Assembly (NCBI GenBank): GCA_963740315.1
Contig: CAVUDP010000002.1
Span: 2,528,001 to 2,592,000, forward strand
DNA from: an uncultured cyanobacterium
Lineage (GTDB): Bacteria; Cyanobacteriota; Cyanobacteriia; Cyanobacteriales; Nostocaceae
DNA length: 64,000 bases
Reading direction: 5' to 3'
Notes under the pieces: generated by a model
The model's input: the letters and a program-made list of their open reading frames with translations, nothing else
Databases searched by the model: none
Told to the model about the DNA's origin: nothing
Part shown: positions 9,881-21,308 of the stretch, piece after piece
How the letters are laid out: each line of letters begins with the position of its first letter
How positions within the stretch are numbered: position 1 is the stretch's first letter
Made by a program: the position numbers and the translations under genes

Positions 9881-10912
9881 GGTAAATAATTAGAAAACAA
9901 CTTCCCAACTTCTACTAAATCAACATTTCCACCGCTAATAATTACGCCAATTCTCGCATCCGGATTTTTCACCACACCTTCTAACAAAGCTGCTGCGGCT
10001 AAAACTCCCGTGGGTTCGACAACTATTTTCAACCTTTCCCAAATAAAGAACATGGTGCGAATTATTTCTTCCTCCGATACTGTTACCCTTCGGGTTCGGC
10101 AGTCGCTCATGGGGGAAACCCCCAAGACCGCGCTGCCTCACCATATCATCTACATATTCCAACACCAGGGGAAAAGTTATCTTACCCAAACTTGCTGTTC
10201 TCGCACCATCAGCAATGGTATCTGGATTCTTGACAAATTGCAGAGTTCGTGAGTAAAACGAGCGAGTCGCATCATCTGCCCGTGCGGGTTCAACTCCGAT
10301 AACGCGACAATTTGGTAAAAGTGATTTGATGGCGATCGCGCAACCAGAAATTAAACCCCCACCACCACAGCAAACTAATAGTAAATCTAATTCACCAACT
10401 TCTTGAATTAGTTCTAAAGCAGTTGTTCCTTGTCCCGCAATTATGTGAGGATGGTCGAAAGGAGGAACAATAGTTAAACCTTTTTCATGGGCTAATTTTT
10501 GCGCTAATTCTTCTCTAGAAATTTGTTTTGGGTTATACAAAATCACTTCTGCACCATAACCGCGAGTCGCCGTTTGCTTGACTGCGGGGGCATTTTCTGG
10601 CATCACAATTGTGGTGGGAATATCGAGTATTTTTCCTGCTAGTGCGATTCCTTGAGCGTGATTTCCCGATGAAAAAGTCACCACGCCTTTGTATTTTTGT
10701 TCCTTCGATAGTTGTGAGAGTGCGTTATATGCACCGCGAAATTTAAAAGAACCCGTGCGCTGAAAGTTTTCGCACTTGAAAAACACGTTACTATTTGTAA
10801 TTTGATTTACTTTTGTCGAAGTTAAAACCGGAGTGCGATCGGCAATTCCATCAAGACGTTTGGCTGCTGCTTGGATATCAGCGATATTGACTAGATTATC
10901 TTGAGAAGCCAT
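9871..10912 (-). pseudogene. PLP-dependent threonine dehydratase / serine racemase family protein (threo-3-hydroxy-L-aspartate ammonia-lyase-like), interrupted by a 55-nt insertion
   Basis: FKCENFQRTGSFKFRGA, SSGNHAQ, AGQGT, GGGGLISG, TIADGA; deleting 10088-10142 restores VDDMVTVSEEEI...VVEPTG...IISGGNVD. Confidence 0.88.
10088..10142 (-). mobile_element. Small dispersed repeat (NIS/SDR-like) insertion, 52 nt plus a 3-nt ACC duplication
   Basis: GC-rich hairpin sequence flanked by ACC at 10085-10087 and 10140-10142. Confidence 0.85.
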
Positions 10913-10926
10913 AAAAATTTATTACT

Positions 10927-11051
10927 TAGGATTTACGTAACTGGCATATTTTTCCTGTAGGGTGTGTGACGCATTGAAGTAATTTGAACGTAGTTATAAG
11001 ACTTGTAGCGTCACGCACCAACGAGCAACTGTGACAATATCGTAAGTCCTA
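10927..11051. mobile_element. MITE-like element, 125 bp
   Basis: Terminal TAGGATTTACG / CGTAAGTCCTA (10/11 inverted match); internal GTAGGGTGTGTGACGC...GCGTCACGCACC REP. Confidence 0.65.
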
Positions 11052-11058
11052 TTAGTAT

Positions 11059-11586
11059 CTAAAAACAGTATTGATTTTCCGATCGACTAAAGTTCCATGT
11101 TTGAGGAAGTTCGCGATCGCAAACAGAACAAATAAATAGATTATCTTTAACAATGTTTATTTGACTGCAAGTACAACAGCGTCGAAAAATAAATTCGATG
11201 CTAAATAAAGAGGGGTGCGGAATCTTGATTAAATCGAGTGCTTCGACAACGTGCTGCCAAGAATCTGGCTTCGGACAAAAACCTGTTGATTGATTAGTAA
11301 TTTCAGCTACTTCCAATCCATTTTTACTTCTTTGAAAAAAGACTTCTCCTGCCGATCGCACCGATTTACCGCCAGCACAAGCAATATGTTCGGAATGTCT
11401 GTCGGCAATTCTCAAATAACCTTCGCAATCTATTACAAAAGTAGCTGCAATCAATCCCCAAGCGTCTGGCTGTTGTTTGGTTTCTCGAATCCAATTATCA
11501 ATATCACTAATTGATAAAATTTTACGTGCCGGTGGTAAATGTGCTGTCTTCTGTCGAATTTCATCGGCACCGACGTATTTATACAC
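11059..11586 (-). CDS. Conserved hypothetical protein with a C-terminal Cys4 zinc-ribbon
   Basis: YKYVG, ATFVID, RHSEHIACAGG, AGE, NQSTGFCP, CCTC...CSVC; exact start uncertain. Confidence 0.75.
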   Translation of the reverse strand: MYKYVGADEIRQKTAHLPPARKILSISDIDNWIRETKQQPDAWGLIAATFVIDCEGYLRIADRHSEHIACAGGKSVRSAGEVFFQRSKNGLEVAEITNQSTGFCPKPDSWQHVVEALDLIKIPHPSLFSIEFIFRRCCTCSQINIVKDNLFICSVCDRELPQTWNFSRSENQYCF

Positions 11587-11668
11587 TTTTCAAAGCTTTT
11601 CTATAAATCTTGAAATACTAAGATAAAGACGGTGCGTTGCGCTTTGCGACAACACACCCTACGATTTC

Positions 11669-11705
11669 TTATTCCCTACTTCCTACTCCCTACTCCCTAC
11701 TCCCT
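11669..11705. repeat. STRR heptamer array (TACTCCC)n overlapping the sdhB stop
   Basis: About 5 units visible. Confidence 0.8.
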
Positions 11706-12706
11706 TCATTAACTTTTTCTCTTTCCACAGCTTCAATTAAAGAACGCACCTGCATAGTACCTTCGGAAGGCTCAAACTTCAAAGGGAATTTACCTTTAGC
11801 CATCATTTTTAAACCGAGAGGCGCAATACTTAATAAACCTTTAATATCTTTAAAGTAATTACCCACAACCTGTAAACCAAATTGCCTCTCATCAATCCAA
11901 CCACCTTCTTTTACCAACTCAATCAATACTTTACGATGGCGAATCGAACGACTATCTCCTGCTTGTTTCGTTTCCAAAAGAGACTGCTTAATTTTACTAA
12001 TTTGGTCTAAAGGTGCTACATCCATCGGACAAACACTATTGCAGTAATAGCAACGAGTACAGCCCCAAACTCCTTTAGTACCCTCGTTGTATTGTTCCAA
12101 ACGATTTTCAGTTTCCGAGTCGCGCTTATCTTCTACCATTCTATAGGCTTTAGCAAGCGCGTGGGGACCGACAAAATCTGGATTTACCTCCAATGCATTG
12201 CACTCGGAGTAACAAGCACCACACATAATACAATTGCCAGTTTCCTCCAATTGCTCTCTTTCTTCTGGTGTTTGTAAAAACTCTCGTTCGGGTACTTTTC
12301 TTGCAGCAGTGCTGACATAAGGAGAAACAGTTTCTAAGCTGTTCCAGAAACCGCTCATATCAACAATCAAATCTTTTAGTACAGGCATATTACCCAATGG
12401 CGCGATCGTGATTTCAGGAATAGAATTCGCGCTATTTTGTGAGGATAGTTGTTGTCCAAATCGAGCAATTTCGCTGCCAACATTTTCTTTACAAGCCAAA
12501 GCCGAACGCCCATTAATTCGCATAGCACAACTACCACAAATTGTATTGCGGCAATTTTTGCGAAATGCTAAAGTCCCATCTTGCTCCCATTTAATCCGAT
12601 TAAGACAATCAAGGATTGTATTACCCTCTTGTACATCCAAAAGATAAGTTTGTACCGTAGGAGATATTTTTTGGGTTTGTCGAATTACTTTAAAATTAAC
12701 TTGCAT
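11690..12706 (-). CDS. sdhB: Succinate dehydrogenase/fumarate reductase iron-sulfur subunit
   Basis: CRNTICGSC (2Fe-2S), CIMCGACYSEC, CTRCYYCNSVCP; ATG at 12706 chosen. Confidence 0.95.
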   Translation of the reverse strand: MQVNFKVIRQTQKISPTVQTYLLDVQEGNTILDCLNRIKWEQDGTLAFRKNCRNTICGSCAMRINGRSALACKENVGSEIARFGQQLSSQNSANSIPEITIAPLGNMPVLKDLIVDMSGFWNSLETVSPYVSTAARKVPEREFLQTPEEREQLEETGNCIMCGACYSECNALEVNPDFVGPHALAKAYRMVEDKRDSETENRLEQYNEGTKGVWGCTRCYYCNSVCPMDVAPLDQISKIKQSLLETKQAGDSRSIRHRKVLIELVKEGGWIDERQFGLQVVGNYFKDIKGLLSIAPLGLKMMAKGKFPLKFEPSEGTMQVRSLIEAVEREKVNEGSRE

Positions 12707-14071
12707 TTTACCCTGTGTCCCAAATTTAAGTTTCCACCCTTGCTCGTTCAAGGAAATAATTTTTAATATAGTAGTTTACGAATTAGTAGGAGCTATTCTC
12801 TTACTGCCCCAATTTTAAGCTGATTTGAGTGACTAAATCATAAAAGATAATTTTGATTACGGTCTAAATGATAAATGTTTTAATTCCGTTGCAGAACAAA
12901 CTTAAAGCTTAAAAACTATTGCCCAACTGCCTTTAGCCCAGTTAAGCATAGAAAAAAAAGCGATCGGACACAGTATTAATATAAGTTTACTCTGTGCCTA
13001 ACGAATGACGGTCTGTTTTGCTCTTGGGCAGTTAAAACAAGGTCTTACCAACAAATCTTCGATCGCATTTTTGAAAATTTATCAAAATATACCAATCTGT
13101 TATAACTGCTTTATTATTCAACAACCACATTAATAATCTCTGACTATAACGACAAAAATCTTCATTCTTCTTATACTGTAATCAATAATGCTCGCTTATT
13201 ATAGAAGACTTGAACCAATTGATTAACATATCCGATAAATTAATTGCTTGTCAGAATTGTACATAAGACTCGCGTTACCGCAAATGAATATTCGGTGAAA
13301 GTGGGATATGTAACAATCAAACTGAAAACGGCTTCTCAAAGTTAGATGAATTTTTATAAAATAAAGAGAGGCAACACCTACCCCGTTGAGTTCAGAACAT
13401 TAGATAAAAGCATAACAGCAAAAATAATTAAAACTTAAACAATAATTTTGCTATTATTAGTCCATGTTAGTATTTAATATAAAATTATGAGGAAACAAAA
13501 TCATCATAAATTGCCGTACAAGTGCGGTAACTATGGCTTTGTTTCTTCGTAATCTAGGGGCATAAAAATTTTTGTCTCTACTGGCAGTATAAGAGGGTGT
13601 ATGCTTGTAATCTCTTAGTCAATACAATGTTGTCTGAAGCCATAGAGTAATGAATACGGAAAACGTTACAACTCTTATGGACAAAAAGACTTTGACTGAA
13701 AGTAAAATGTTTGCTGCCCCGATTGAGTCTGCTACTTATTTCTAGTAGGCTCGTGCAGTTTGTAAAAGCAAATTACAGTTAATTAGCTTTGTTTAAAGCG
13801 CCATTGAGAACAATTTTTCATTTGCGAATAGTAAACATAGGCTATCTTCTGTAAAAAATCACCCGAACTAATTCCGCTTACTAACAAAATTTATGAGTAA
13901 AATGTTGTGGAATACCACGAACATTAGCTCTCGGAATTAGACAAGCAGAAATCCAGGCTCAGTTAAAGTCTAAAAAAGCTTGATGTACTAATGTCAAAAG
14001 ATCGCCTTTAGATCGGGCATAAAACCGCATTATTTATCGCGAAAGCACAGTTTAAGGAAAATTTGAGTGTA

Positions 14072-14494
14072 ATGAGTGAAACAGCAACAGCGCCATTGAC
14101 AGGGAAAACACTGCTTGCAAAAGTAAAGGAATTATCGACTTTACCGAGGCGAGAAAGAGCAAAGCAGTGCGGTTATTACACTACTACTAAAAATGGTCAG
14201 GTAAGAGTTAACCTAACAGATTTTTACGATGCTTTGTTATCGGCTAGGGGAATTCCCTTAAGTCCGGAAACACCAAAAGATGGTCGTGGACGCGAACCGA
14301 CTTACAGAGTTAGCGTTCATCAAAACGGTCAAATTGTTATTGGTGCTACATATACCAAAGCAATGGGTTTAAAATCGGGCGATGAGTTTGAAATTAAGTT
14401 GGGATACAAACATATTCACCTAATTCAAGTCGATAGTGATAGAAGTCAAACCGACGAAGATTTAGAAGACGAAGAATTAGAAGAAGAAAAGTAA
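14072..14494 (+). CDS. Cyanobacterial AbrB-like transcriptional regulator
   Basis: PLTGKTLLAKVKEL, AKQCGYY, GRGREPTYRVSVHQNGQIVIGATYT, DEFEIKLGYKHIHL; acidic tail. Confidence 0.92.
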   Translation: MSETATAPLTGKTLLAKVKELSTLPRRERAKQCGYYTTTKNGQVRVNLTDFYDALLSARGIPLSPETPKDGRGREPTYRVSVHQNGQIVIGATYTKAMGLKSGDEFEIKLGYKHIHLIQVDSDRSQTDEDLEDEELEEEK

Positions 14495-14507
14495 ATTTTT
14501 CTGATGT

Positions 14508-14548
14508 TAGGGATAAGTTTGAAGATAATATTTTAGAGCTTATCCCTA
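14508..14548 (+). terminator. Hairpin downstream of the abrB-like gene
   Basis: TAGGGATAAG...CTTATCCCTA 10-bp inverted repeat. Confidence 0.55.
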
Positions 14549-14798
14549 CACTCATAGTAAAATAGTTGTTTTGGCAAATTTTTCAATTAATTTTGAACAA
14601 ATAAAATATGCCCAAACGATTATATTACTCTGGAAAAAATTAGCTATACGATCGAGTGAAAATAAATAAAGCAACTTGATTGCGAGTTGTAAAGGTGGAA
14701 ACAGAGAAGTATTTATGTAATTAATGCTTCTCTTTTCTATAACTGCATATTTTGGGTTAATTTTTTTCTGTAAATAAAGAATATTATTTTCGTTTATT

Positions 14799-15647
14799 TT
14801 GAAAGCTTTATTTGAACCGTTGATTAACAACTTAATGGGACAGTGGAAGGATGCGCCTCCTTTAATGGTGGTAGTGGCTTTTTTTATCGCTTGGATAGTA
14901 TGTTGGCTACCGATCGCATTAATTTTGACAAAAGTGCTGCACTATGCAAAGCAAGAGCAACCAGAGCAAAAAATTCCCCTAGTAGTTTCTCTTTATCTAT
15001 TAGCTCCTTTAATCCTACTGGTAACTAATTGGCTTACCCATGAATCTTTTTCAAGTTACGGTTGGATCTTCGATTTCTCAATTTTAAATTCACTCCTTTT
15101 GGGTTTTAGCTTCGGAGTGGTAAGTCTAGCTTTTGTATTCGGTTGTCAGCTTTATTTCGGTTTATGTAAGGTAAAAATATCGAATTTGAAATCGGTACCA
15201 TCCACATTATTTTTTGTAATGGCGATCGCCTTATTAGTGGGTGGCGTTGAAGAACTAGTGTTTCGAGGCTTTCTTTTCACTCAACTCGAACAAAGTTATT
15301 CAATTTGGGCAGCAGCAATAATTTCCAGTGTGATTTTTGCATTGTTACATCTGGTTTGGGAACAACGCGAAACAACTCCCCAACTACCAGGATTATGGTT
15401 AATGGGAATGGTTTTAGTATTAGCAAGATTTGCCGATAACGGTAGCCTGGGTTTAGCTTGGGGACTGCACGCAGGTTGGGTATGGTCGATAGCAGCTATT
15501 GATACCCTTGGATTAATTGATTACACCGAAAAAACATCTGAGTGGATAACGGGTAAAAATAACAAACCGTTAGCAGGCGTTGCGGGAATATTTTGTATGG
15601 GATTAACCGCAGTAGCTTTGTATGCGATCGGTTTTAATCTTGCTTAG
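14799..15647 (+). CDS. CPBP/Abi-family intramembrane protease (CAAX-like)
   Basis: EELVFRG, FALLH, AWGLHAGW; start uncertain. Confidence 0.88.
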   Translation: MKALFEPLINNLMGQWKDAPPLMVVVAFFIAWIVCWLPIALILTKVLHYAKQEQPEQKIPLVVSLYLLAPLILLVTNWLTHESFSSYGWIFDFSILNSLLLGFSFGVVSLAFVFGCQLYFGLCKVKISNLKSVPSTLFFVMAIALLVGGVEELVFRGFLFTQLEQSYSIWAAAIISSVIFALLHLVWEQRETTPQLPGLWLMGMVLVLARFADNGSLGLAWGLHAGWVWSIAAIDTLGLIDYTEKTSEWITGKNNKPLAGVAGIFCMGLTAVALYAIGFNLA

Positions 15648-15650
15648 TTA

Positions 15651-15790
15651 GTAGTAAGGGCTTTAGCCCTCTCGATCGAGAACTAAAATCCTTACTACAA
15701 AATCGAGAACTAAAGTTCTTACTACGAACCGAATTAGGACTAAAGTTCTTACTACGAGCCGAATCAGAACTAAAGTTCTTACTACGAGCT
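15651..15790. repeat. BIME-like cluster: one GTAGTAAGGGCTTTAGCCCT unit followed by four inverted tandem units (GAACTAAAGTTCTTACTACGA..)
   Basis: Period 27-30 nt, located between convergent genes. Confidence 0.8.
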
Positions 15791-15792
15791 AA

Positions 15793-16905
15793 TTATCCAA
15801 AAGGAACCAAACGTTTGAGAGCGCGACCTACAACGTCACCGTAACGTAATTGTCCGCATAGAATTTGACCCATAATTTGGCTACCAGTAGGACGTTTTAC
15901 ACCTGCTTTATAGCCAACACCTGGGAAGCGATAAAATGCACCTGCTAACTTTTGCGCCCAAGCCATATCAGCGCCCCATTCTTCAGCAATGACTTCAGTG
16001 TATTCTTCTAGCGCATTGGCATCGCCACCAAGGGCTTTATTAATAGCTTCGGCTGCTTTCATACCGCTAAAAATAGAAGGGCGAATCCCTTCTGCTGTCA
16101 TCGGATCGACTACACAAGCTGCTTCTCCAGCTAATACTGCATTTTGCGTGTGAAGTGTCTTTTGACCGTTCCATACACATACGGGATGACTGTACTCCTT
16201 ACAAGCAGCGACATCCACACCAAACATTGAACTGCAATCCTGAAAAATCTTTGTGAAATTACCAGGTTCTCCTCCAAGGAAGGTTGTAGCACCGATAGAC
16301 AAACCATCTGCTTTGGGGAAGCTCCAGATGTACCCATTTTTAATTGTGCCAAATTCAAACTGAATTTTAGATTTATCTTGTCCTGGTGCAGCAGGTGCTT
16401 CCAAAGCAGCAGCTAAACGACGTTTGGGTTCTTTAAAACCAAGCCATTTTGCCATTGGTCCGGCTGCGCCATCAGCTGCAATTAGGTAGCGTGCGGAAAA
16501 TGTACCATTTGCTGTATTTACGGACCAGCGATCGCTTTTAAACTCAATTGATTTTACTTCAGTACTATCTTTGAGTTCCGCACCTTTTTTCTGAGCTTGC
16601 TGAACTAGAAAATGGTCAAAAACATCTCGCTGTACCATCCATACTGGTTCGATGGTTTGTATTTTGGTTTCTATTGGATCTCCCTTTTTCCAAGTAAACT
16701 TGATGGTGTCTACCTTCATGGAAATTGCGGGACTAAAATCGAAGTCAAACCATTCGGCGATCGCAGGTGATACTCCACCGCCACAAGGTTTATACCTTGG
16801 TAAAGATTCCCTTTCTAAAACAAGTACCGAACGTCCTTGTTTTGCTAAATGATATGCAGCTGTTCCACCAGCAGGACCTGCGCCGACGATGATGCAATCG
16901 TACAT
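15793..16905 (-). CDS. Geranylgeranyl reductase family FAD-dependent oxidoreductase
   Basis: VGAGPAG, PRYKPCGGG, IAADG, GYIWSFPK, AGEAACVVDPMTAEGI. Confidence 0.9.
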   Translation of the reverse strand: MYDCIIVGAGPAGGTAAYHLAKQGRSVLVLERESLPRYKPCGGGVSPAIAEWFDFDFSPAISMKVDTIKFTWKKGDPIETKIQTIEPVWMVQRDVFDHFLVQQAQKKGAELKDSTEVKSIEFKSDRWSVNTANGTFSARYLIAADGAAGPMAKWLGFKEPKRRLAAALEAPAAPGQDKSKIQFEFGTIKNGYIWSFPKADGLSIGATTFLGGEPGNFTKIFQDCSSMFGVDVAACKEYSHPVCVWNGQKTLHTQNAVLAGEAACVVDPMTAEGIRPSIFSGMKAAEAINKALGGDANALEEYTEVIAEEWGADMAWAQKLAGAFYRFPGVGYKAGVKRPTGSQIMGQILCGQLRYGDVVGRALKRLVPFG

Positions 16906-17455
16906 ATAGTTAAGCTTTTGCTCCTTGATAGAGGGTGTATGTGGAAGGTCAAATCATAAATTGCGATCGATTTGATGACCTAAATCATCCGCCATTTTAA
17001 TCGCACTTACTTGTATTTATCTAAATATTTATTCTTAACTCCCTAGATTCATCAGTAAATATAACTATATTTAATTTTTACTTTTAATTTTTGCTTTTCT
17101 ATACTGATATGAATAAACATAATTTAAATCTGCTTATATGTAATTTAATTTACAGTTTGAGTTAAATGATTTGTATAACCCGTTAATAAATTACAATTAT
17201 TTCTTCGATCGATTAAAAATTTTTCGTTAAGTATGTCCGATATTTTATTAAGTTTGAGTAAATCTGTTTTAACTCTGCTATACCTGTTTGTCACGGATCG
17301 GTACTATTTTTTACAGAAAATAACTCAGTATTACGGAGCTTGAGAGTAGAATTAATGTAGAGGCTCGTCAAATAATCAAAATAAAAAGCCCAGAGCTAGA
17401 AGTTAATTAATAAAACATCCATAACTTCCAACTCTGCGCTCTACCAATTCACGAC

Positions 17456-18004
17456 TTAAACAGTTGTGATTTCTTTTTCTTTTTCTGCGAATAAATCGTC
17501 TATTTTAGTGGTGTACTTATTTGTCAATTTTTGCACTTCGTCTTGCAAATCTCGCGATTCATCTTCAGAAATTTCAGCGCTTTTTTCCTGTTTGCGAATC
17601 GAATCCAAGGCATCTCGGCGAATATTGCGGATAGCAACGCGCCCTTCCTCGGCATACTTAGAAGCGAGCTTGACAAATTCTTTACGACGTTCTTCAGTTA
17701 AAGGCGGAATATTCAACCTAATAACAGAACCGTCATTATTAGGAGTTAAACCCACATCGGACAAAGAAATGGCTTTTTCGATTGAACCCAAGCTACTTTG
17801 GTCGTAGGGTTGGATTGTCATGGTGGTAGCATCCGGCGTACTGATGTTCGCCAAAGACTTCAAACCTGTAGGCACGCCATAATATTCAACCATTATTTTA
17901 TCTAACAGACTCGCATTAGCGCGACCAGTGCGAATCGTATTGAAAGAACGTTGAGTAGACTCAACACTCTTTTGCATTGTACTTTCTGCTTCAGCTAATT
18001 TCAC
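17456..18004 (-). CDS. frr: Ribosome recycling factor
   Basis: [38 protein letters not shown] start at 18004 overlaps the pyrH end. Confidence 0.97.
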   Translation of the reverse strand: MKLAEAESTMQKSVESTQRSFNTIRTGRANASLLDKIMVEYYGVPTGLKSLANISTPDATTMTIQPYDQSSLGSIEKAISLSDVGLTPNNDGSVIRLNIPPLTEERRKEFVKLASKYAEEGRVAIRNIRRDALDSIRKQEKSAEISEDESRDLQDEVQKLTNKYTTKIDDLFAEKEKEITTV

Positions 18005-18719
18005 AAGAACCTCCCACAACGGTGCCAATAGATTCTCCCATGACTGCGCGGTGGATATTACCCCGCACATTCAAGTCAAAGACAAGAATTGGGATATCGT
18101 TTTCTTTACATAAGGCTATCGCAGTACTATCCATTACTCGCAAATCCTTATTTAAAACGTGTGCGTATGTTAGCGATTTGTAACGCTTAGCTTCGGGATT
18201 TTCATTTGGATCGGAATCGTAAACTCCGTCTACTTTCGTAGCTTTAAAAATCACTTCCGCATCGATTTCAGCTGCTCTTAATGCAGCAGTAGTATCCGTA
18301 GTAAAAAAGGGATTACCCGAACCCGCACCAAAAATAACCACCAGTCCTAATTCTAGATGACGGATGGCTTTACGACGTATATAGGGTTCGGCTACTTCTT
18401 GCATTGCGATCGCGGTTTGTAGGCGCGTCTGTACGCCTATTCGTTCGAGGGATTCTTGCAACGTCATGGCGTTCATGACTGTAGCAATCATTCCAATGTA
18501 GTCAGCAGTAGCTCTATCCATACCTGCCGAGGCTGCTTTCATGCCGCGAAATATATTTCCGCCTCCTACTACTATGGCAAGCTGAACGCCAGTGGCTACA
18601 ACCTCTTTTACTTCTGAAGCTATAGAATTAACCACTTCGGGATCGATCCCGTAGCCCATACTGCCCATTAAGGCTTCACCGCTCAGTTTAAGTAAAACCC
18701 GTTGGTAACCTGTTCCCAT
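17991..18719 (-). CDS. pyrH: Uridylate kinase
   Basis: [39 protein letters not shown]. Confidence 0.98.
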   Translation of the reverse strand: MGTGYQRVLLKLSGEALMGSMGYGIDPEVVNSIASEVKEVVATGVQLAIVVGGGNIFRGMKAASAGMDRATADYIGMIATVMNAMTLQESLERIGVQTRLQTAIAMQEVAEPYIRRKAIRHLELGLVVIFGAGSGNPFFTTDTTAALRAAEIDAEVIFKATKVDGVYDSDPNENPEAKRYKSLTYAHVLNKDLRVMDSTAIALCKENDIPILVFDLNVRGNIHRAVMGESIGTVVGGSCEIS

Positions 18720-18787
18720 GAAGTTAAGCTTTATCCAAAATTTGTATGCCTCCAATTTAAGATATCAGTCTCCTACACTATCTGTCT

Positions 18788-19339
18788 CTAATTTCGCCAT
18801 ACCAAACTACTACCCTTAGCTTCTGTCTCGGTGACGCGGATTTTTTCTCCTTTTAATAAAGAGGTGACTGCATTCTTCAGATAAGCTTTTTCTGTTGAAG
18901 CAGGCGAATGAGCATTGCCATCAATTTGACCTTTGTAGCGTACAATACCATCTTTATCTATTAAAAATGCCATTGGTGTTTTGGTGGCACCAAAGCTACG
19001 AGTCACATCTTGTGTTGAATCCCATAAGTAAGGGAAATTTAATTGGTGATGTCTTGCAAAAGCTTTCATATTTTCAAGGCTTTCGTTAGCGTCGTTTTGG
19101 GCAATGTTGCCATTGACTCCAATCAGCGTGAAGCCACTACCAAATTCTGTTTGTAATTTTTTTAATTTATCTATATACAACCCTACATAGGGGCAGCGGT
19201 TGCACATAGAAATTACGCCAACTGCACTCCATTTATCTAAATAACGTCTTAGATGGTGTACTTGGCTATCAATTCCTGGCAGTTCAAAATCAGGTGCGTA
19301 TTTTCCTATGGGGGTATCCATTGTTTCTAGTACACTCAT
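18788..19339 (-). CDS. Thioredoxin-like AhpC/TSA family protein
   Basis: APDFELPGID, CNRCPYV, FPYLWD, FGATKTP, YKGQID. Confidence 0.9.
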   Translation of the reverse strand: MSVLETMDTPIGKYAPDFELPGIDSQVHHLRRYLDKWSAVGVISMCNRCPYVGLYIDKLKKLQTEFGSGFTLIGVNGNIAQNDANESLENMKAFARHHQLNFPYLWDSTQDVTRSFGATKTPMAFLIDKDGIVRYKGQIDGNAHSPASTEKAYLKNAVTSLLKGEKIRVTETEAKGSSLVWRN

Positions 19340-20086
19340 ATTCTCGGTTGCTGGAAGGAACTGGAAACAGCAAAACACATTTTTTGTGTGGGCGTACCGC
19401 GTCCCATTTCAAGCCACCCTCTGTATAGATGCTTAACTGATATCCGATATTTAATAATTTTATAGTTTGCAGTCAATTGTCGTAAATTGTAAAACTACTG
19501 AATCCACAGAGAATATTGTCTTGGATGTGGATTTAATAATTTCGATATTTTTTAGATTTTCTTTTCTATTAATCGCGATCGGGCAAATTTTTTATTCCAA
19601 GCATTTTAAAACCGCGATTATTCACATAAGCAGTATGCCCCAGCAGTTTTGGAACCGTGTTTCTCTATTTTCTACATCAATTTTTTGCTTCATAAGTTGT
19701 CGTAATAAAATATTTATTTCAAATTTATCCCGATCGATTATCTTGAATTTGCTTGAATTTATTTAAATTAATCTCAGTAATAATACCGTAGTTGATTTCT
19801 AAGTAAGTTACTTCACATATGGATCGTTCAGCTATTGTTAAATTTTGTGTAGTAATAGAATCTTTACAGATTTTAGATGATAGGGACGGGCTATAAGCTT
19901 AGACACGTTGCTCGAAAAAACTCCTTGAAGGTAAAAATACTAGCTTTCTAAGAATCAGAATAATGAGTAAACTTGTTGTATCTATAAGCAAAAAATAGTA
20001 ATAAGACTTGTTTTTGGAAACAAAATTTGGAATTCCTGGGACAATACTCTCTTTGCGTTTATTAATATATATAAAATTGAAATTCT

Positions 20087-20995
20087 ATGAGTACAACTAC
20101 AACCACCCCAGTATTTAGCTCAACAAAAACCTGGATGTGGCAGGGTTTTCCTATTTGCTATCAAACTCAAGGAACTACTGGCTCTGCCGTTGTTTTGATA
20201 CATGGCTTTGGTGCTTCTTGGGGACATTGGCGAAAAAATATCCCCGTGCTGGCAGAAAATTGTCGGGTTTACGCGATCGACTTAATTGGGTTTGGGGGTT
20301 CAGCTAAACCCAAACCGGGTGAAGAAATTGCTTACACATTTGAAACTTGGGGACAGCAGATTGCTGATTTTTGCCGGGAAGTGGTGGGTGAATCTGCTTT
20401 TTTAGTAGGAAATTCTATTGGCTGTATAGTAGCAATGCAAGCGGCAGTAGATAATCCAGAGATTGCCTTGGGTGTGGCGTTGCTCAACTGTTCTCTAAGA
20501 CTTTTGCACGAACGCAAGCAAGCGGAGTTACCGTATTATCGACGTATGGGAGCGCCTTTACTACAACGTATACTATCTATCGAATCAGTTGGTGAATTCT
20601 TTTTTAATCGAATTGCCAAACCCAAAACCGTGCGTTCGATTTTGCTGCAAGCTTATCCGCTGGGTGAAGCTGTGACAGATGAATTAGTAGATATTTTAAT
20701 GGCACCAGCGAGCGATCCAGGTGCGGCGGCTGTATTCTTAGCGTTTACAGCTTATTCGAGCGGTCCGCTAGCAGAAGACTTGTTACCCGTGCTACCGTGT
20801 CCGGCTATAATTTTATGGGGAACCGCCGACCCTTGGGAACCTGTAGAATTAGGTAGAAAGCTGGCTGAATATCCGCAAGTAACTAAATTTATACCTTTGG
20901 AAGGAATAGGACATTGCCCTCAAGATGAAGCCCCAGAATTGGTAAATCCTATTTTACAAGATTGGATTTTGGAGCTTTCTTCACAATTGGATTAA
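20087..20995 (+). CDS. Alpha/beta fold hydrolase
   Basis: HGFGAS, DLIGFG, GNSIG nucleophile elbow, WGTADPW, GHCPQDE. Confidence 0.93.
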   Translation: MSTTTTTPVFSSTKTWMWQGFPICYQTQGTTGSAVVLIHGFGASWGHWRKNIPVLAENCRVYAIDLIGFGGSAKPKPGEEIAYTFETWGQQIADFCREVVGESAFLVGNSIGCIVAMQAAVDNPEIALGVALLNCSLRLLHERKQAELPYYRRMGAPLLQRILSIESVGEFFFNRIAKPKTVRSILLQAYPLGEAVTDELVDILMAPASDPGAAAVFLAFTAYSSGPLAEDLLPVLPCPAIILWGTADPWEPVELGRKLAEYPQVTKFIPLEGIGHCPQDEAPELVNPILQDWILELSSQLD

Positions 20996-21308
20996 ATGCC
21001 TGCGGATAGCGGTTCGTAGTTGCGCTGTCTTCGCCCAAGCGTAACTACAAACATATTTTGATTTATAAGTAATTAAACAAATTTCATAGGAACAAAAACA
21101 CGTAAATTACCTTTCTAATATTTTAGAGAGGTAATTATTCGGCATTTTAATTAAGTGAAAAAATAACTGTAATGACCTGGAAGCTTTGGTTTTACTAGAG
21201 AATTAACAATAATCAATTAGTACTCACAATATTATTATGTAGTAGTAACTAGAACAATTATTATCGCAGAGATAAAAGTTCTATCGCGGGTTAATTCGCA
21301 CTCGATAA

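Noticed and set aside
10085..10142. Group I/II intron or programmed frameshift explanation for the split genes
   Set aside because: The inserts are only 20-55 nt, with no intron core or slippery site; target duplication or HIP1 splitting points to small mobile repeats
15651..15790. Possible CRISPR array
   Set aside because: Units are separated by only about 5-8 similar nucleotides, the unit is a dispersed REP found elsewhere in the window, and no cas genes are present
19467..19766. 99-aa ORF in AT-rich intergenic DNA (also 14552-14830, 30570-30782, 785-1042)
   Set aside because: Non-ATG starts or low-complexity F/I/K/L composition typical of spurious ORFs; no motifs
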